This document shows, one piece after another, positions 8,556-17,480 of a stretch of DNA of 64,000 nucleotides. The stretch covers positions 45,955 to 109,954 of the forward strand of contig CAZDLU010000001.1 in the NCBI GenBank assembly GCA_964506725.1. The letters are read 5' to 3'. The position numbers and the translations under genes are program-made. Each line of letters begins with the position of its first letter. Positions within the stretch are counted from its first letter, which is position 1. The notes under the pieces are model-generated. The model worked only from the letters and a program-made list of their open reading frames with translations. It was not told the DNA's origin and did no database searches. The DNA comes from an uncultured Rhizobium sp. Lineage in GTDB: Bacteria > Pseudomonadota > Alphaproteobacteria > Rickettsiales > UBA1997.

Positions 8556-10942
8556 TTAGAACCGGAGCGTTTATAATAAATCGGCAACCAATCATCAGGA
8601 TCATCGCCGACTTCGTCAATTATTTGATCCATCAAAATTACAGTGTCGGCGCGCGCTGAAAGTACGCGAATTACTTCATCCATGCCGCCTAAATCGATAC
8701 GCGCAATTACGCCGTCATTATCTTGTTTAACCAAGAAAAATCTGGTGGAAGGATCTGTTGTTTTTACCAGATTAAATTCGCGCTCTGAAAGCATAAATAC
8801 TTCGCGGTAAAGATTGGTTGCTTTCAAATTCGGTAAGAAAATTTGGGTGGCAGTTTGCTGTACTAAAGTGTCGGAAATGCTACTCTTGGCAGCATCTTCA
8901 ACCGATTGTGTGGCGAACACCACGAAAGTATTTAATTTTCTTAAAACTTTCAGCCAATCTTTAATTTTTGGCGCAAACACCGCATTTCCAATTAATGCCC
9001 AAGCTTCGTCAAGCACGATCATTGTCGGCGAGCCATCAAGTGAAGTTTGGATTCTATGAAATAAATAAAGTAGAACCGGCGCAATGGCTGATTTGTCTTG
9101 CAAAATGTGGCCCATTTCGATGCCGAAAGTGCGCGCTGAAGTAAAATCAATTAAATCTTCTTCATTATCAAAAAGTTTGGAATGCGAACCTCCGGAATGC
9201 CACATGGCAAGTCTTCCGGCCAATGTGCCGGGGCCGCCCAGCCCCATGAAAGGCGCAATATTGCGCAATCTTCTTTGTTCTTTCGGTAATTTATAATTAC
9301 CGTTTACCGCTTCATTAATGCGGTCAATTTCATGCGCCGGTAAAGGCGCTTCGCCGTTTGAAACCAGCACCTTCAAGAATTCAATTAAGAAAGAGCGATT
9401 AACATTATTATCTTCAAGTTGAAAAGGATTAAAACCGGAAACCTTAGCCGCATCAGGAATCATATAGCGTCCGCGAATGGCGCGAATAAAAATTTCTGCG
9501 CCGCGATCCTTATCGAAGAAAAATAAACGGCATTTAAATTTTTGGGCCTGAGCGCTTAAAAAATTGAGTAACACCGTTTTACCTGCGCCCGTCGGACCAA
9601 TAATCATGCTATGTCCGACATCGCGCACGTGAAAACTGAAAAAATACGGTGTTCCGGAAACCGTATTTAACACTGTAACGGCATCGCCCCAATGGTTTTT
9701 CTTCCTTTTGCCCGAAGGATAATTATGAAAAGAAGCAAAGGCGGCAATATTCAAAGTATTAATAACAGAGCGGCGCGCCATGTAATCGGCATTGCCCGGA
9801 AGCTGGGCCCAATAGGCCGGCTCCATGTTCATTTTTTCGCGAACTCCGGTAATACCGGCGTTGGAAAGCTCAACTACAGCTTGTGATAGCGCGCTTTCTA
9901 AAGCTTTCGGCGTATCCTCAACACAAAGCACACTCATATGATGATTGCCGAAAGCAAATTCACCACTCATCGCCGAATCAAGAGCTTGATCAATTTCCTG
10001 AATTTGTGAAACGGCTACGTCTTCGGATTGTACTAATCTTCGTTGTTGCAATTGCATCGAGCTAATCGCCACCATTCGATTAATGAAAGAAAAAGATTGG
10101 CTGATTATAAGTTCGAAAGGTAATTGCATGAAGCCGTCGAAAACTCCGGCATGCGTGGATGGCCGATATTCCTTGATCGAAACCAATCCGCCATATTTAA
10201 CGCCGCTCGGATTATGGACTTCGACTGATTTATTGCCGAAGTAAAGGCGACTCATCGGCAAATGATGCGAGATCTCGCCAAGCGGTACCATCATTGGTTG
10301 TGAGTAACCGCAATTGACTAAGCGTCCCAAAAATTCCAGCAATTCCGAAGTAACGCTGCCATCAGCATTTTCACTAAGTCCTAAAATTTCCGGCCCGTAA
10401 TTACCAAAACCGTTCAAAATGCGTTCGGTCATTTCGTCCAGCTCGTCGAAAGCTTCGCGCATGTAATTTTCCCAAGCCAATTTGTCAGTCTTATGCTGTA
10501 ATTTTTTGGCCATGTGTTCAAGCACGGCGACACCCGAAGTGTCAGCGCCGCGAATAATGGTAAAATAATGTTCGTTGATGAAAGTTTTATCATCGGAATG
10601 TTTTACTGCCCATTCATCATTAACTCTTTTAGAAAAAGCATCAGGCATTTCGCCATCCGGAAAGCCTTTTTCTTTGCGGCGGATAGTATGAAAATAAAGT
10701 GAAAAATTGCCGGAAGCCATACCTTTCAGCAAGTTATTGCGCGCCGCTTTTTTTAGATCAATATCAACATCATCGGCAGTTTCAAAAGCGAATCCTTTAA
10801 TTTTAATAACGCGAATAAGCTCTTCTTTGTATGTTAAGATTGTATCGGAATTATAGTGGCACTTATAAGGAATAAAATGCGCTGCCGACACTTCGCCCTT
10901 CGTGATTTTTTCTTTTGTCGGTTTGACGGTTGTAAGACGCAT
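8552..10942 (-). CDS. virB4: VirB4/CagE-family type IV secretion ATPase (canonical copy)
   Basis: 796 aa. N-terminal ..FIPYKCHYNSDTILTYKEELIRVIKIKGF.., Walker A GPTGAGKT (encoded at 9575-9598), Walker B TMIVLDEAW, and ..VFATQS.. motif C region. Confidence 0.9.
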   Translation of the reverse strand: MRLTTVKPTKEKITKGEVSAAHFIPYKCHYNSDTILTYKEELIRVIKIKGFAFETADDVDIDLKKAARNNLLKGMASGNFSLYFHTIRRKEKGFPDGEMPDAFSKRVNDEWAVKHSDDKTFINEHYFTIIRGADTSGVAVLEHMAKKLQHKTDKLAWENYMREAFDELDEMTERILNGFGNYGPEILGLSENADGSVTSELLEFLGRLVNCGYSQPMMVPLGEISHHLPMSRLYFGNKSVEVHNPSGVKYGGLVSIKEYRPSTHAGVFDGFMQLPFELIISQSFSFINRMVAISSMQLQQRRLVQSEDVAVSQIQEIDQALDSAMSGEFAFGNHHMSVLCVEDTPKALESALSQAVVELSNAGITGVREKMNMEPAYWAQLPGNADYMARRSVINTLNIAAFASFHNYPSGKRKKNHWGDAVTVLNTVSGTPYFFSFHVRDVGHSMIIGPTGAGKTVLLNFLSAQAQKFKCRLFFFDKDRGAEIFIRAIRGRYMIPDAAKVSGFNPFQLEDNNVNRSFLIEFLKVLVSNGEAPLPAHEIDRINEAVNGNYKLPKEQRRLRNIAPFMGLGGPGTLAGRLAMWHSGGSHSKLFDNEEDLIDFTSARTFGIEMGHILQDKSAIAPVLLYLFHRIQTSLDGSPTMIVLDEAWALIGNAVFAPKIKDWLKVLRKLNTFVVFATQSVEDAAKSSISDTLVQQTATQIFLPNLKATNLYREVFMLSEREFNLVKTTDPSTRFFLVKQDNDGVIARIDLGGMDEVIRVLSARADTVILMDQIIDEVGDDPDDWLPIYYKRSGSK

Positions 10943-10968
10943 TTTTTGCGAGAAATTTTTGGGAAAAG

Positions 10969-12192
10969 TTATTTTTTTAGATTATTTTTATGCGTAATAA
11001 AAAACAACAAAATTAATCCTGGTAAAGCCAAAAACGCCGATATCACAAAAAAATCATACCAACCAAAATCTTGCGCGATAATTCCGGAAAAAGCTGATAA
11101 AAATGTGCGCGCGATTGTGGCAAGTGAAACCAAAATTGCATATTGAGTAGCGCTGAAAGCCACGTTGCAAAGGCCGCTTAAGTATGCAACAAAAACCGCA
11201 TCACCAATTCCGCCACTGAAATTTTCGACAAAAACTGCTGCGTAAAGTACCGAAGTTTCGTGACCGATTTGTGCTAAATAAGCGAAGGAAAAATTAGACA
11301 GCATTTGCAAAATTCCGGCAATCCACAGTGATTTTACAATAGTGAATTTTTTTACCAAAATGCCGCCGAGTAACACGCCGCCAAGGGTTGCGAATAATCC
11401 GAAAGTTTTTACAATTGCCGCAATTTCAATTTTAGTAAAACCGATTTCAAGTAAAAACGGTAAGGTCATGCTGCCGGCAAAAGCATCGCCTAATTTAAAA
11501 AAAACTACAAAAATTAAAATTAAAAACCAAGCTTGGCGATCCATAAAATCAAGGAGCGGCGCGACTACGGAATTTTTAAACCAAGTAGAAAAATCATAAT
11601 TATGCGGCTGCCAATTTTTTCTGGTTTCATCTGCAAAAAATACTACGATTAGATTCAGCGCCATAAAAAAACTTAAGAAAAAATACACCGCATCCCAAGA
11701 AAAAATTTCCGCTAGAACCAAGGCTAAAGCCCCGGAAATCAACATGCCGATGCGATAACCATAAACATAAAGTCCGGCGGCAAATCCTTGATTTTCTTTT
11801 TTGATTAATTCAATTCTGTAAGCATCAATCACAATATCTTGACTTGCGGAGGCAAGAGCGACAAGGAGTGCGAAAGTTGAGATGTAAAAAAGATTTACGA
11901 AAATTCCGGCAATTCCAAGAGCTAAAATAAAAATCACCAACAAAATTTGCGTCAAAATAATCCAGGAACGTCTTTGGCCAAAAAGTCTTGTTAGCAAAGG
12001 CACCGAGCAGGAATCAATAATCGGTGCAAATAAAAATTTTATGCTGTAAGGAATGCCGATCAACGAAAAAAACCCGATAGTTTTTAAGTCAAAACCTTTT
12101 TCTAAAAGTAAAGCTTTTAAAGTTGATAGAAGTAGCGCTAGCGGTAGTCCGGAGCTTATGCCGAGGAAAAAGATCGTAATTAAATTTCGCAT
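10969..12192 (-). CDS. ampG: AmpG-family muropeptide MFS permease
   Basis: 407 aa, ~12 TM. N-terminal ..FFLGISSGLPLALLLSTLKALL.. and ..GQRRSWIILTQ.. are typical AmpG signatures. Confidence 0.8.
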   Translation of the reverse strand: MRNLITIFFLGISSGLPLALLLSTLKALLLEKGFDLKTIGFFSLIGIPYSIKFLFAPIIDSCSVPLLTRLFGQRRSWIILTQILLVIFILALGIAGIFVNLFYISTFALLVALASASQDIVIDAYRIELIKKENQGFAAGLYVYGYRIGMLISGALALVLAEIFSWDAVYFFLSFFMALNLIVVFFADETRKNWQPHNYDFSTWFKNSVVAPLLDFMDRQAWFLILIFVVFFKLGDAFAGSMTLPFLLEIGFTKIEIAAIVKTFGLFATLGGVLLGGILVKKFTIVKSLWIAGILQMLSNFSFAYLAQIGHETSVLYAAVFVENFSGGIGDAVFVAYLSGLCNVAFSATQYAILVSLATIARTFLSAFSGIIAQDFGWYDFFVISAFLALPGLILLFFITHKNNLKK

Positions 12193-12260
12193 GTTCTTGT
12201 ATTTTTAAGAGGGATGAATATATATTTGTTAGCAGTTTATAATAATCAATCAATTCAATC

Positions 12261-12812
12261 ATGTCCGAACTTCACGATCCCAAAAAAATCTACGGCACCA
12301 CGATTTTAGCGGTACGCAAAAACGGTAAAGTTGCAATCGCCGGTGACGGCCAAGTTTCATTTGGCAATACGGTTTTAAAATCAAATGCTAAAAAAATCAG
12401 AAAAATCGGTGATGGGTCAATTGTGGCCGGATTTGCCGGAGCCACGGCTGATGCTTTTACTTTATTTGAAAGATTGGAACAAAAATTAGAACAATATCCG
12501 GGACAACTGACGCGAGCTTGCGTGGAGCTTGCCAAAGATTGGCGCATGGATAAATATTTGCGCCGCTTGGAAGCTATGCTAATTGTAGTTGATAAAAATA
12601 TTTCCTTGATGCTAAGTGGTAATGGCGACGTGATTGAGCCGGAAGACGGTATTGTCGGTATCGGTTCCGGTGGTAATTATGCTCTTGCCGCGGCACGCGC
12701 TTTGGCTGATATCAAGGAAATGTCGGCAGAAGAAGTGGTAAAAAGAGCGATGAAAATTGCGGCTGATTTATGTATTTACACGAATGAAAATATTGTGGTT
12801 GAAACTTTGTAA
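12261..12812 (+). CDS. hslV: ATP-dependent protease subunit HslV
   Basis: 183 aa. N-terminal [11 protein letters not shown] (catalytic Thr after processing), GDGQVS.., [10 protein letters not shown].. typical of HslV. Confidence 0.95.
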   Translation: MSELHDPKKIYGTTILAVRKNGKVAIAGDGQVSFGNTVLKSNAKKIRKIGDGSIVAGFAGATADAFTLFERLEQKLEQYPGQLTRACVELAKDWRMDKYLRRLEAMLIVVDKNISLMLSGNGDVIEPEDGIVGIGSGGNYALAAARALADIKEMSAEEVVKRAMKIAADLCIYTNENIVVETL

Positions 12813-12853
12813 AATAAAAAAACTTGCCGTCATGTTGAGTAAAATACTCGCAA

Positions 12854-12926
12854 GTCATGCTGAGCCTGTCGAAGCATGTGTTTATTCTCGAAGTCTCAAC
12901 ACATGCTTCGACAGGCTCAGCATGAC
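12854..12926. repeat. palindromic element, family A (copy A1)
   Basis: gtcatgctgagcctgtcgaagcatgtg .. cacatgcttcgacaggctcagcatgac. Its right end supplies the ATG used as the tolB start. Confidence 0.9.
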
Positions 12927-14289
12927 TATGAGGATTTTGTTTTTTATTTTATCATTTCTCCTTACAAATACCGCTCTTGCCAATGTTTCTCTTGTCATCA
13001 AAAACGAAAATATTGCGCGCACCAAATTATTATTTTCCGGTTTTGAAAATGTTGATCCGCTAGTGCAAAGCGATGCGCTTGATGTATTAAATCGCATCCA
13101 AAATGATTTGCGCGCCACTGATCTTTTTGAATTTGTAAAACAAAATGGAAGCCTTGAAACGGCAGGCATAAGCCGCAATATGAATTTAAATTTAAAAAAG
13201 AATTTAAATGCTGAAAACGCTTCAGTTGAAACATTGCCTGATTTTGAAAAATACAAAAAAGATGATATTGGGGCGATAGTTGTCGGCCAATTTAATTTTG
13301 ATCAAAGCGGTAATTTGGAAGTGCGCCTGCGTATGTGGGACGTGCTTGATCAAAAACAATTATTTGGTAAATATTATGTTTCTTCAAAAGATAATTATCA
13401 AAAATTAGCTAATTCAATTGCTAACGAAATTTATAAATCAATTACCGGCGAAAAATACGGGTTTTTCAATTCACAAATTCTTTATATTTCTGAAACCGGT
13501 TCGATTCATAAGCGCATTAAAAAAATTAATCTGATCAATATTGACGGTAGCGGATATCGTTCTTTAACTGACGGGCGCGAGTTGGTTTTAACGCCGATTT
13601 TTTCTAAAAGAGCCAATGAAATTTTTTATTTACGCTATTTTAAAAATCATCCGCAAATTTTTAGTTTAAATACGCAAAACCTGCGCAGCCAGAAAATAGG
13701 TGGCTTCCGCGGCACAACTTTTGCTGCCAACACCGTTCCGGAAAATAATAATTCAATTTTGCTTTCGGCGATTGTTGACGGCAATAGTGATATTTATGAA
13801 ATGGATGTTGAAAATAATGTGGCGCGGCGTTTGACAAAAAGTCCGGCGATTGATACTACTCCTTGTTACTCTCCTGATAAAAAATTGATTGCATTTTCTT
13901 CCGATCGCGATGGTTTGGGGCAGCAAATTTATTTGATGAATTTGAATGAGGCTTATGTTAAGCGCATAAGTTCTGGTTCCGGATCTTACTCTAAACCGGT
14001 TTGGTCGCCGGACGGTAAATTAATTGCTTTTACCAAAATGAAAGGTGGTAATTTTTTCATCGGTACTATGACGCCTGACGGTAAAAATGAAAAATTATTG
14101 GTTAAAGCCTATATAGTTGAAGGAGCCAAGTGGTACAAGGACAGCCGCCACTTAATTTATTCAAAAAAGCGCAGCGCCTATGGCCAAGATTCAATTCCAC
14201 GTTTGTTTGTGATTGATATTGTGACAGGAGTTGAGTTTGAAGTGCCGACGCCGGTGGGAGAGGGGGCTACCGACCCAGATTGGGTTTAA
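12922..14289 (+). CDS. tolB: Tol-Pal system periplasmic beta-propeller protein TolB
   Basis: The likely true start is ATG 12922 (MTMRILFFILSFLLTNTALA signal peptide). The upstream 55 codons of the tracked ORF run through a palindromic element. Repeated ..P.WSPDGK.IAF.. beta-propeller blades. Confidence 0.85.
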   Translation: MTMRILFFILSFLLTNTALANVSLVIKNENIARTKLLFSGFENVDPLVQSDALDVLNRIQNDLRATDLFEFVKQNGSLETAGISRNMNLNLKKNLNAENASVETLPDFEKYKKDDIGAIVVGQFNFDQSGNLEVRLRMWDVLDQKQLFGKYYVSSKDNYQKLANSIANEIYKSITGEKYGFFNSQILYISETGSIHKRIKKINLINIDGSGYRSLTDGRELVLTPIFSKRANEIFYLRYFKNHPQIFSLNTQNLRSQKIGGFRGTTFAANTVPENNNSILLSAIVDGNSDIYEMDVENNVARRLTKSPAIDTTPCYSPDKKLIAFSSDRDGLGQQIYLMNLNEAYVKRISSGSGSYSKPVWSPDGKLIAFTKMKGGNFFIGTMTPDGKNEKLLVKAYIVEGAKWYKDSRHLIYSKKRSAYGQDSIPRLFVIDIVTGVEFEVPTPVGEGATDPDWV

Positions 14290-14295
14290 AGCGTT

Positions 14296-14323
14296 AAAAA
14301 ATCGACCTTAACGGTCGATTTTA
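14296..14323 (+). terminator. candidate intrinsic terminator after tolB
   Basis: aaaaATCGACCttaacGGTCGATttt. A 7-bp stem, extendable by A:T pairs, with a short T run, 7 nt after the tolB stop. Confidence 0.45.
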
Positions 14324-14335
14324 GCTTTAAACGGG

Positions 14336-14606
14336 TTGCGTGAGGAGCGAAGCGACCACCAACCCCGGCGCGAGTTGTCTTCGAGCCGAAGGCGAGAAAA
14401 GCAACGAAGCGTGAAGCACTCAAAATTCTTTAAACGGGGCGCGCACGACGGAAATTTATTTCCGGCAAATCGATCTTAACGATCGATTTGAGTAAGTCGC
14501 GGGCGAAACGAAAGTTGAGCCCAGGGCTATTGCGTGAGGAGCGAAGCGACCACCAACCCCGGCGCGAGTTGTCTTCGAGCCGAAGGCGAGAAAAGCAACG
14601 AAGCGT
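14336..14606. repeat. two copies of a 77-bp GC-rich direct repeat (14336-14412 and 14530-14606)
   Basis: ttgcgtgaggagcgaagcgaccaccaaccccggcgcgagttgtcttcgagccgaaggcgagaaaagcaacgaagcgt occurs twice, 194 bp apart. Each copy is preceded by a near-identical hairpin (atcgaccttaacggtcgat at 14301; atcgatcttaacgatcgat at 14470). Confidence 0.9.
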
Positions 14607-14610
14607 TTTT

Positions 14611-14634
14611 AGTCACGCTCAGCATGACATCGAG
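14611..14634. repeat. half-copy of the family A palindromic element (A6)
   Basis: agtcacgctcagcatgacatcgag matches the right arm of the A2/A3/A5 elements. It supplies ATG 14624 at the yejB start. Confidence 0.6.
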
Positions 14635-15703
14635 ATTTATGTATTTCCTAAAACGCTTCCTTCTAATCATACCAACATTATTCCTCATAATGTTGCTAAA
14701 TTTTCTCATCATCCAAACCGCGCCGGGTGGGCCTGTCGAGCGTTTTATTTCTCAAATGAATCATGCGGCGCAAGCAAAAGGCGAAACGGCGCAAATTGAT
14801 TTAAACCGCGACCAAAGCCTGAAATATAACGGTTCAGATGGTGTTGACGAAGAAACTTTAACCAAAATAAAAACGCTCTACGGCTTTGATTTACCTTTGT
14901 CGAAACGCTTTTATCTCATGCTAAAAAAATTTGTAACTTTTGATTTCGGTGAAAGTTTTTACCAAGATAAAAAAGTTACAACCTTAATTATTGAAAAGCT
15001 TCCGGTTTCAATATCTATCGGGCTTTGGAGTACATTATTAATTTACTTAATCTCCATTCCGCTCGGTATAAAAAAAGCCATCAACGACGGCTCGCGTTTT
15101 GATATTTCAAGCAGCACATTGATAATTTTCTTACACGCCATTCCGGCATTTTTATTTGCAATTTTATTAATAATTTTATTTGCCGGGGGAAATTTTTTAA
15201 ATATTTTTCCGCTACGAGGCCTGGTCTCTGAAGGTTTTAGCGATTTTGTTTGGTGGAAAAAAATTCTCGATTATTTTTGGCACATGACTTTGCCGTTAAT
15301 TGCAATGACAATTGGCGGCTTTGCCGCGCTAACATTTTTTACCAAAAATTCTTTTTTAGAAGAAATCAATAAGCAATATGTTTTAACCGCTTACGCCAAA
15401 GGCTTAAACCAACAGCAAGTTTTATATCGTCATGTTTTTCGTAACGCCCTGATGATAGTAATTGCCGGAATTCCGGCCGCGTTGATCGGAATTTTATTTG
15501 GAAGTTCAATGCTAATTGAAATTATTTTTTCACTCGATGGCCTTGGCCTTTTAGGCTATGAAGCCGCTACTTCACGCGATTATCCCGTAATGTTTGCGAC
15601 ACTTTATATCTTTACTTTAATCGGCTTAATTACTACGATAATTTCTGATTTTACTTACAAATTAATTGATCCGCGGATTAATTTTGCCGCCAACAAACTA
15701 TAA
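14624..15703 (+). CDS. yejB: ABC transporter permease, YejB/oligopeptide-microcin type
   Basis: The start is probably ATG 14624 or 14639; the tracked ORF start at 14534 lies inside a repeat. ..FLKRFLLIIPTLFLIMLLNFLIIQTAPGGP.. plus the permease EAA-region (..AYAKGLNQQQVLYRHVFRNAL..). Confidence 0.75.
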   Translation: MTSRFMYFLKRFLLIIPTLFLIMLLNFLIIQTAPGGPVERFISQMNHAAQAKGETAQIDLNRDQSLKYNGSDGVDEETLTKIKTLYGFDLPLSKRFYLMLKKFVTFDFGESFYQDKKVTTLIIEKLPVSISIGLWSTLLIYLISIPLGIKKAINDGSRFDISSSTLIIFLHAIPAFLFAILLIILFAGGNFLNIFPLRGLVSEGFSDFVWWKKILDYFWHMTLPLIAMTIGGFAALTFFTKNSFLEEINKQYVLTAYAKGLNQQQVLYRHVFRNALMIVIAGIPAALIGILFGSSMLIEIIFSLDGLGLLGYEAATSRDYPVMFATLYIFTLIGLITTIISDFTYKLIDPRINFAANKL

Positions 15704-15707
15704 ATAA

Positions 15708-16982
15708 ATGGAAGACTCAGCCAATATTTACCTGGTTTCTCTCGTAATTTTAATTTTTATTTCTGCACTTTTTGCTTGCTCGGAAACTTCAATAATCGCA
15801 GCTTCGCGCCCGAAAATTCATCGCTTGGCGAATAATGGTGATCGTAGGGCCAAAAAACTTGAAAAGCTTTTAGAAAATCGTGAAAAGGTAATTGGCACAA
15901 TGCTTGCCGGTAATAATGCCATCAATATTTTAGCCTCTTCAATTGCCACAACTTTATTCATAAAATTTTTTGGCGAAGCCGGAATGCTTTATGCTACTAT
16001 AATAATGACCATTTTAATTTTAGTTTTTGCTGAAATTGCGCCAAAGACAATTGCCATTAGAAACCCTGATATTATTGCGCTCTTGCTTACCGATATCATC
16101 TGTTTTTTAGTAAAAATTTTCTCACCATTTACCGTTGTGGCACAAAAAATTGTGGATGTAACGATTGATTTTTTTGCTTTTAAAAAACAAAAAAAATCCA
16201 AAACTTCCAATTTTGAAGAAATTCGCGACACCGTGGATTTAAAGGCTAAAGAGGGTACGATTTTTAAATATGATAAGGATTTAATTGATGGCGTTTTAGA
16301 CTTGTCAGATACCGAAATCACTGAAATCATGGTGCATCGCAAGGATTTACAGTCGATAAATATTGATTTGTCAAAAGCCGAAATCATCAATAAAGCCTTG
16401 AAAATCAACCATACACGCATTCCATTGTGGCGTGAAGATAAGGAAAATATTGTAGCAATTTTAAATGTTAGAAAATTGCTCAAAGCCTTGCATCTTTATA
16501 ATCGTGATATTGAAAAATTTGATTTAAGCGAAGCGCTTAGTAAGCCGTGGTTTGTGCCTTCAACCAATAGTTTGCGCTCACAATTATTTGCTTTCAGAAA
16601 AAAGAAAAAACGCTTTGCTTTGGTGATTGATGAATATGGCTCGCTGCTAGGGCTTGTTACTTTGGAAGACATTTTGGAAGAAATTGTCGGCGATATAAAA
16701 GAGCGTGATGAAAATGCTGAAATTAATATTGTTCGAACTAAATCCGGGTTCTACAAAATTGCGGGCAAAACATTGATTCGCGATATTAATAAAAAATTGG
16801 AATGGGATATTGTTGAAAATGATCATGCTTACAACCTAGCCGCTTTAGTGATAGAAAAACTGGGCCGCATTCCTGACGAAAAAGAACATTTTGTTTCAGA
16901 TGGGTATTATTTTGAGATTTTAAAAAAACAGGGACATGATTTGTTGTGGATTAAGATTAAGAAGTTAAAACAACAGGAATAA
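15708..16982 (+). CDS. tlyC: hemolysin C-type CNNM/CBS/CorC_HlyC membrane protein
   Basis: 424 aa. N-terminal DUF21-type TM domain (..CSETSIIAASR..), a CBS pair, and C-terminal ..ALVIDEYGSLLGLVTLEDILEEIVGDI.. typical of TlyC/CorC. Confidence 0.8.
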   Translation: MEDSANIYLVSLVILIFISALFACSETSIIAASRPKIHRLANNGDRRAKKLEKLLENREKVIGTMLAGNNAINILASSIATTLFIKFFGEAGMLYATIIMTILILVFAEIAPKTIAIRNPDIIALLLTDIICFLVKIFSPFTVVAQKIVDVTIDFFAFKKQKKSKTSNFEEIRDTVDLKAKEGTIFKYDKDLIDGVLDLSDTEITEIMVHRKDLQSINIDLSKAEIINKALKINHTRIPLWREDKENIVAILNVRKLLKALHLYNRDIEKFDLSEALSKPWFVPSTNSLRSQLFAFRKKKKRFALVIDEYGSLLGLVTLEDILEEIVGDIKERDENAEINIVRTKSGFYKIAGKTLIRDINKKLEWDIVENDHAYNLAALVIEKLGRIPDEKEHFVSDGYYFEILKKQGHDLLWIKIKKLKQQE

Positions 16983-16996
16983 TCAATTAAAATTTT

Positions 16997-17476
16997 ATGT
17001 TTAGAAGACGTCCAGATCCACTGCCAAGAGCAGAAGAACCTCCTGTAGCGCCTAGAGCTATAATGGAACCGCCGGAAGCTGCTGCTCAAGCGGTTCCTGT
17101 GCCGGATTTAGCTGAAGAACTTGCGCAAAAAAGAAGAGAGGCTGAAGAACTCGCGGGAATAAAAACTAACGGTGCAACAATTCTGGATGAAATAAAAAAA
17201 ATTAGACCTCATAATTTTTACAGAGGTGATGGCGCTCTAGCTGCGGATGAAATAAAAGCATTGGCAGGATTTGCACGTGGCGATGAGAGTGTCTATAATG
17301 ATTTAAGTCGCGAATTTGATACAATTAGAAGCGCATCAGATATTGGAAATCCTGATAAAATCAACCTTGCTAAATATAAAGCTGCTTGCTCAATCCTTGC
17401 CAGAGTTGCGAATAGACCAATAATTCCAACTGCCGCCGCAGGGCTTGCAGCACAGAATGCTGCCGGCCGTTTTTAA
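16997..17476 (+). CDS. hypothetical protein, Pro/Ala-rich N-terminus
   Basis: 159-aa ORF filling the gap between tlyC and gatA. No recognisable family. Locally elevated G+C at the 5' end. Confidence 0.5.
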   Translation: MFRRRPDPLPRAEEPPVAPRAIMEPPEAAAQAVPVPDLAEELAQKRREAEELAGIKTNGATILDEIKKIRPHNFYRGDGALAADEIKALAGFARGDESVYNDLSREFDTIRSASDIGNPDKINLAKYKAACSILARVANRPIIPTAAAGLAAQNAAGRF

Positions 17477-17480
17477 ATAT

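Noticed and set aside
10943-10968. A virB3 gene expected upstream of virB4.
   Set aside because: Only 26 bp lie between the virB4 start and the ampG stop, and VirB4 has no N-terminal TM segment suggesting a VirB3 fusion. There is also no room upstream of virB4-II, which starts 2 nt after gltA. Absence from the window does not prove absence from the genome.
12757-12921. A 55-codon N-terminal extension of the TolB ORF. Similar extensions occur on yejB (14534-14623), kdsB (23744-23773), purB (28998-29060), deaD (41872-41904), thiC (37878-37922), purA (21044-21076) and the sulfatase gene (35183-35242).
   Set aside because: The extensions run through palindromic repeat elements or the 3' ends of upstream genes. 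They translate to repeat-derived peptides such as ..HAEPVEACV... Downstream Met codons give canonical N-termini (signal peptide, P-loop and so on). I treat them as ORF-caller artefacts.
14488-14799. A 103-aa ORF (MSKSRAKRKLSPGLLREERSDHQPRRELSSSRRREKQRS..) and the antisense 61-aa ORF at 14527-14712.
   Set aside because: Both lie across the 77-bp GC-rich repeat and out of frame over the yejB start. The Arg/Ser-rich translation is typical of reading through a repeat, with no coding support.
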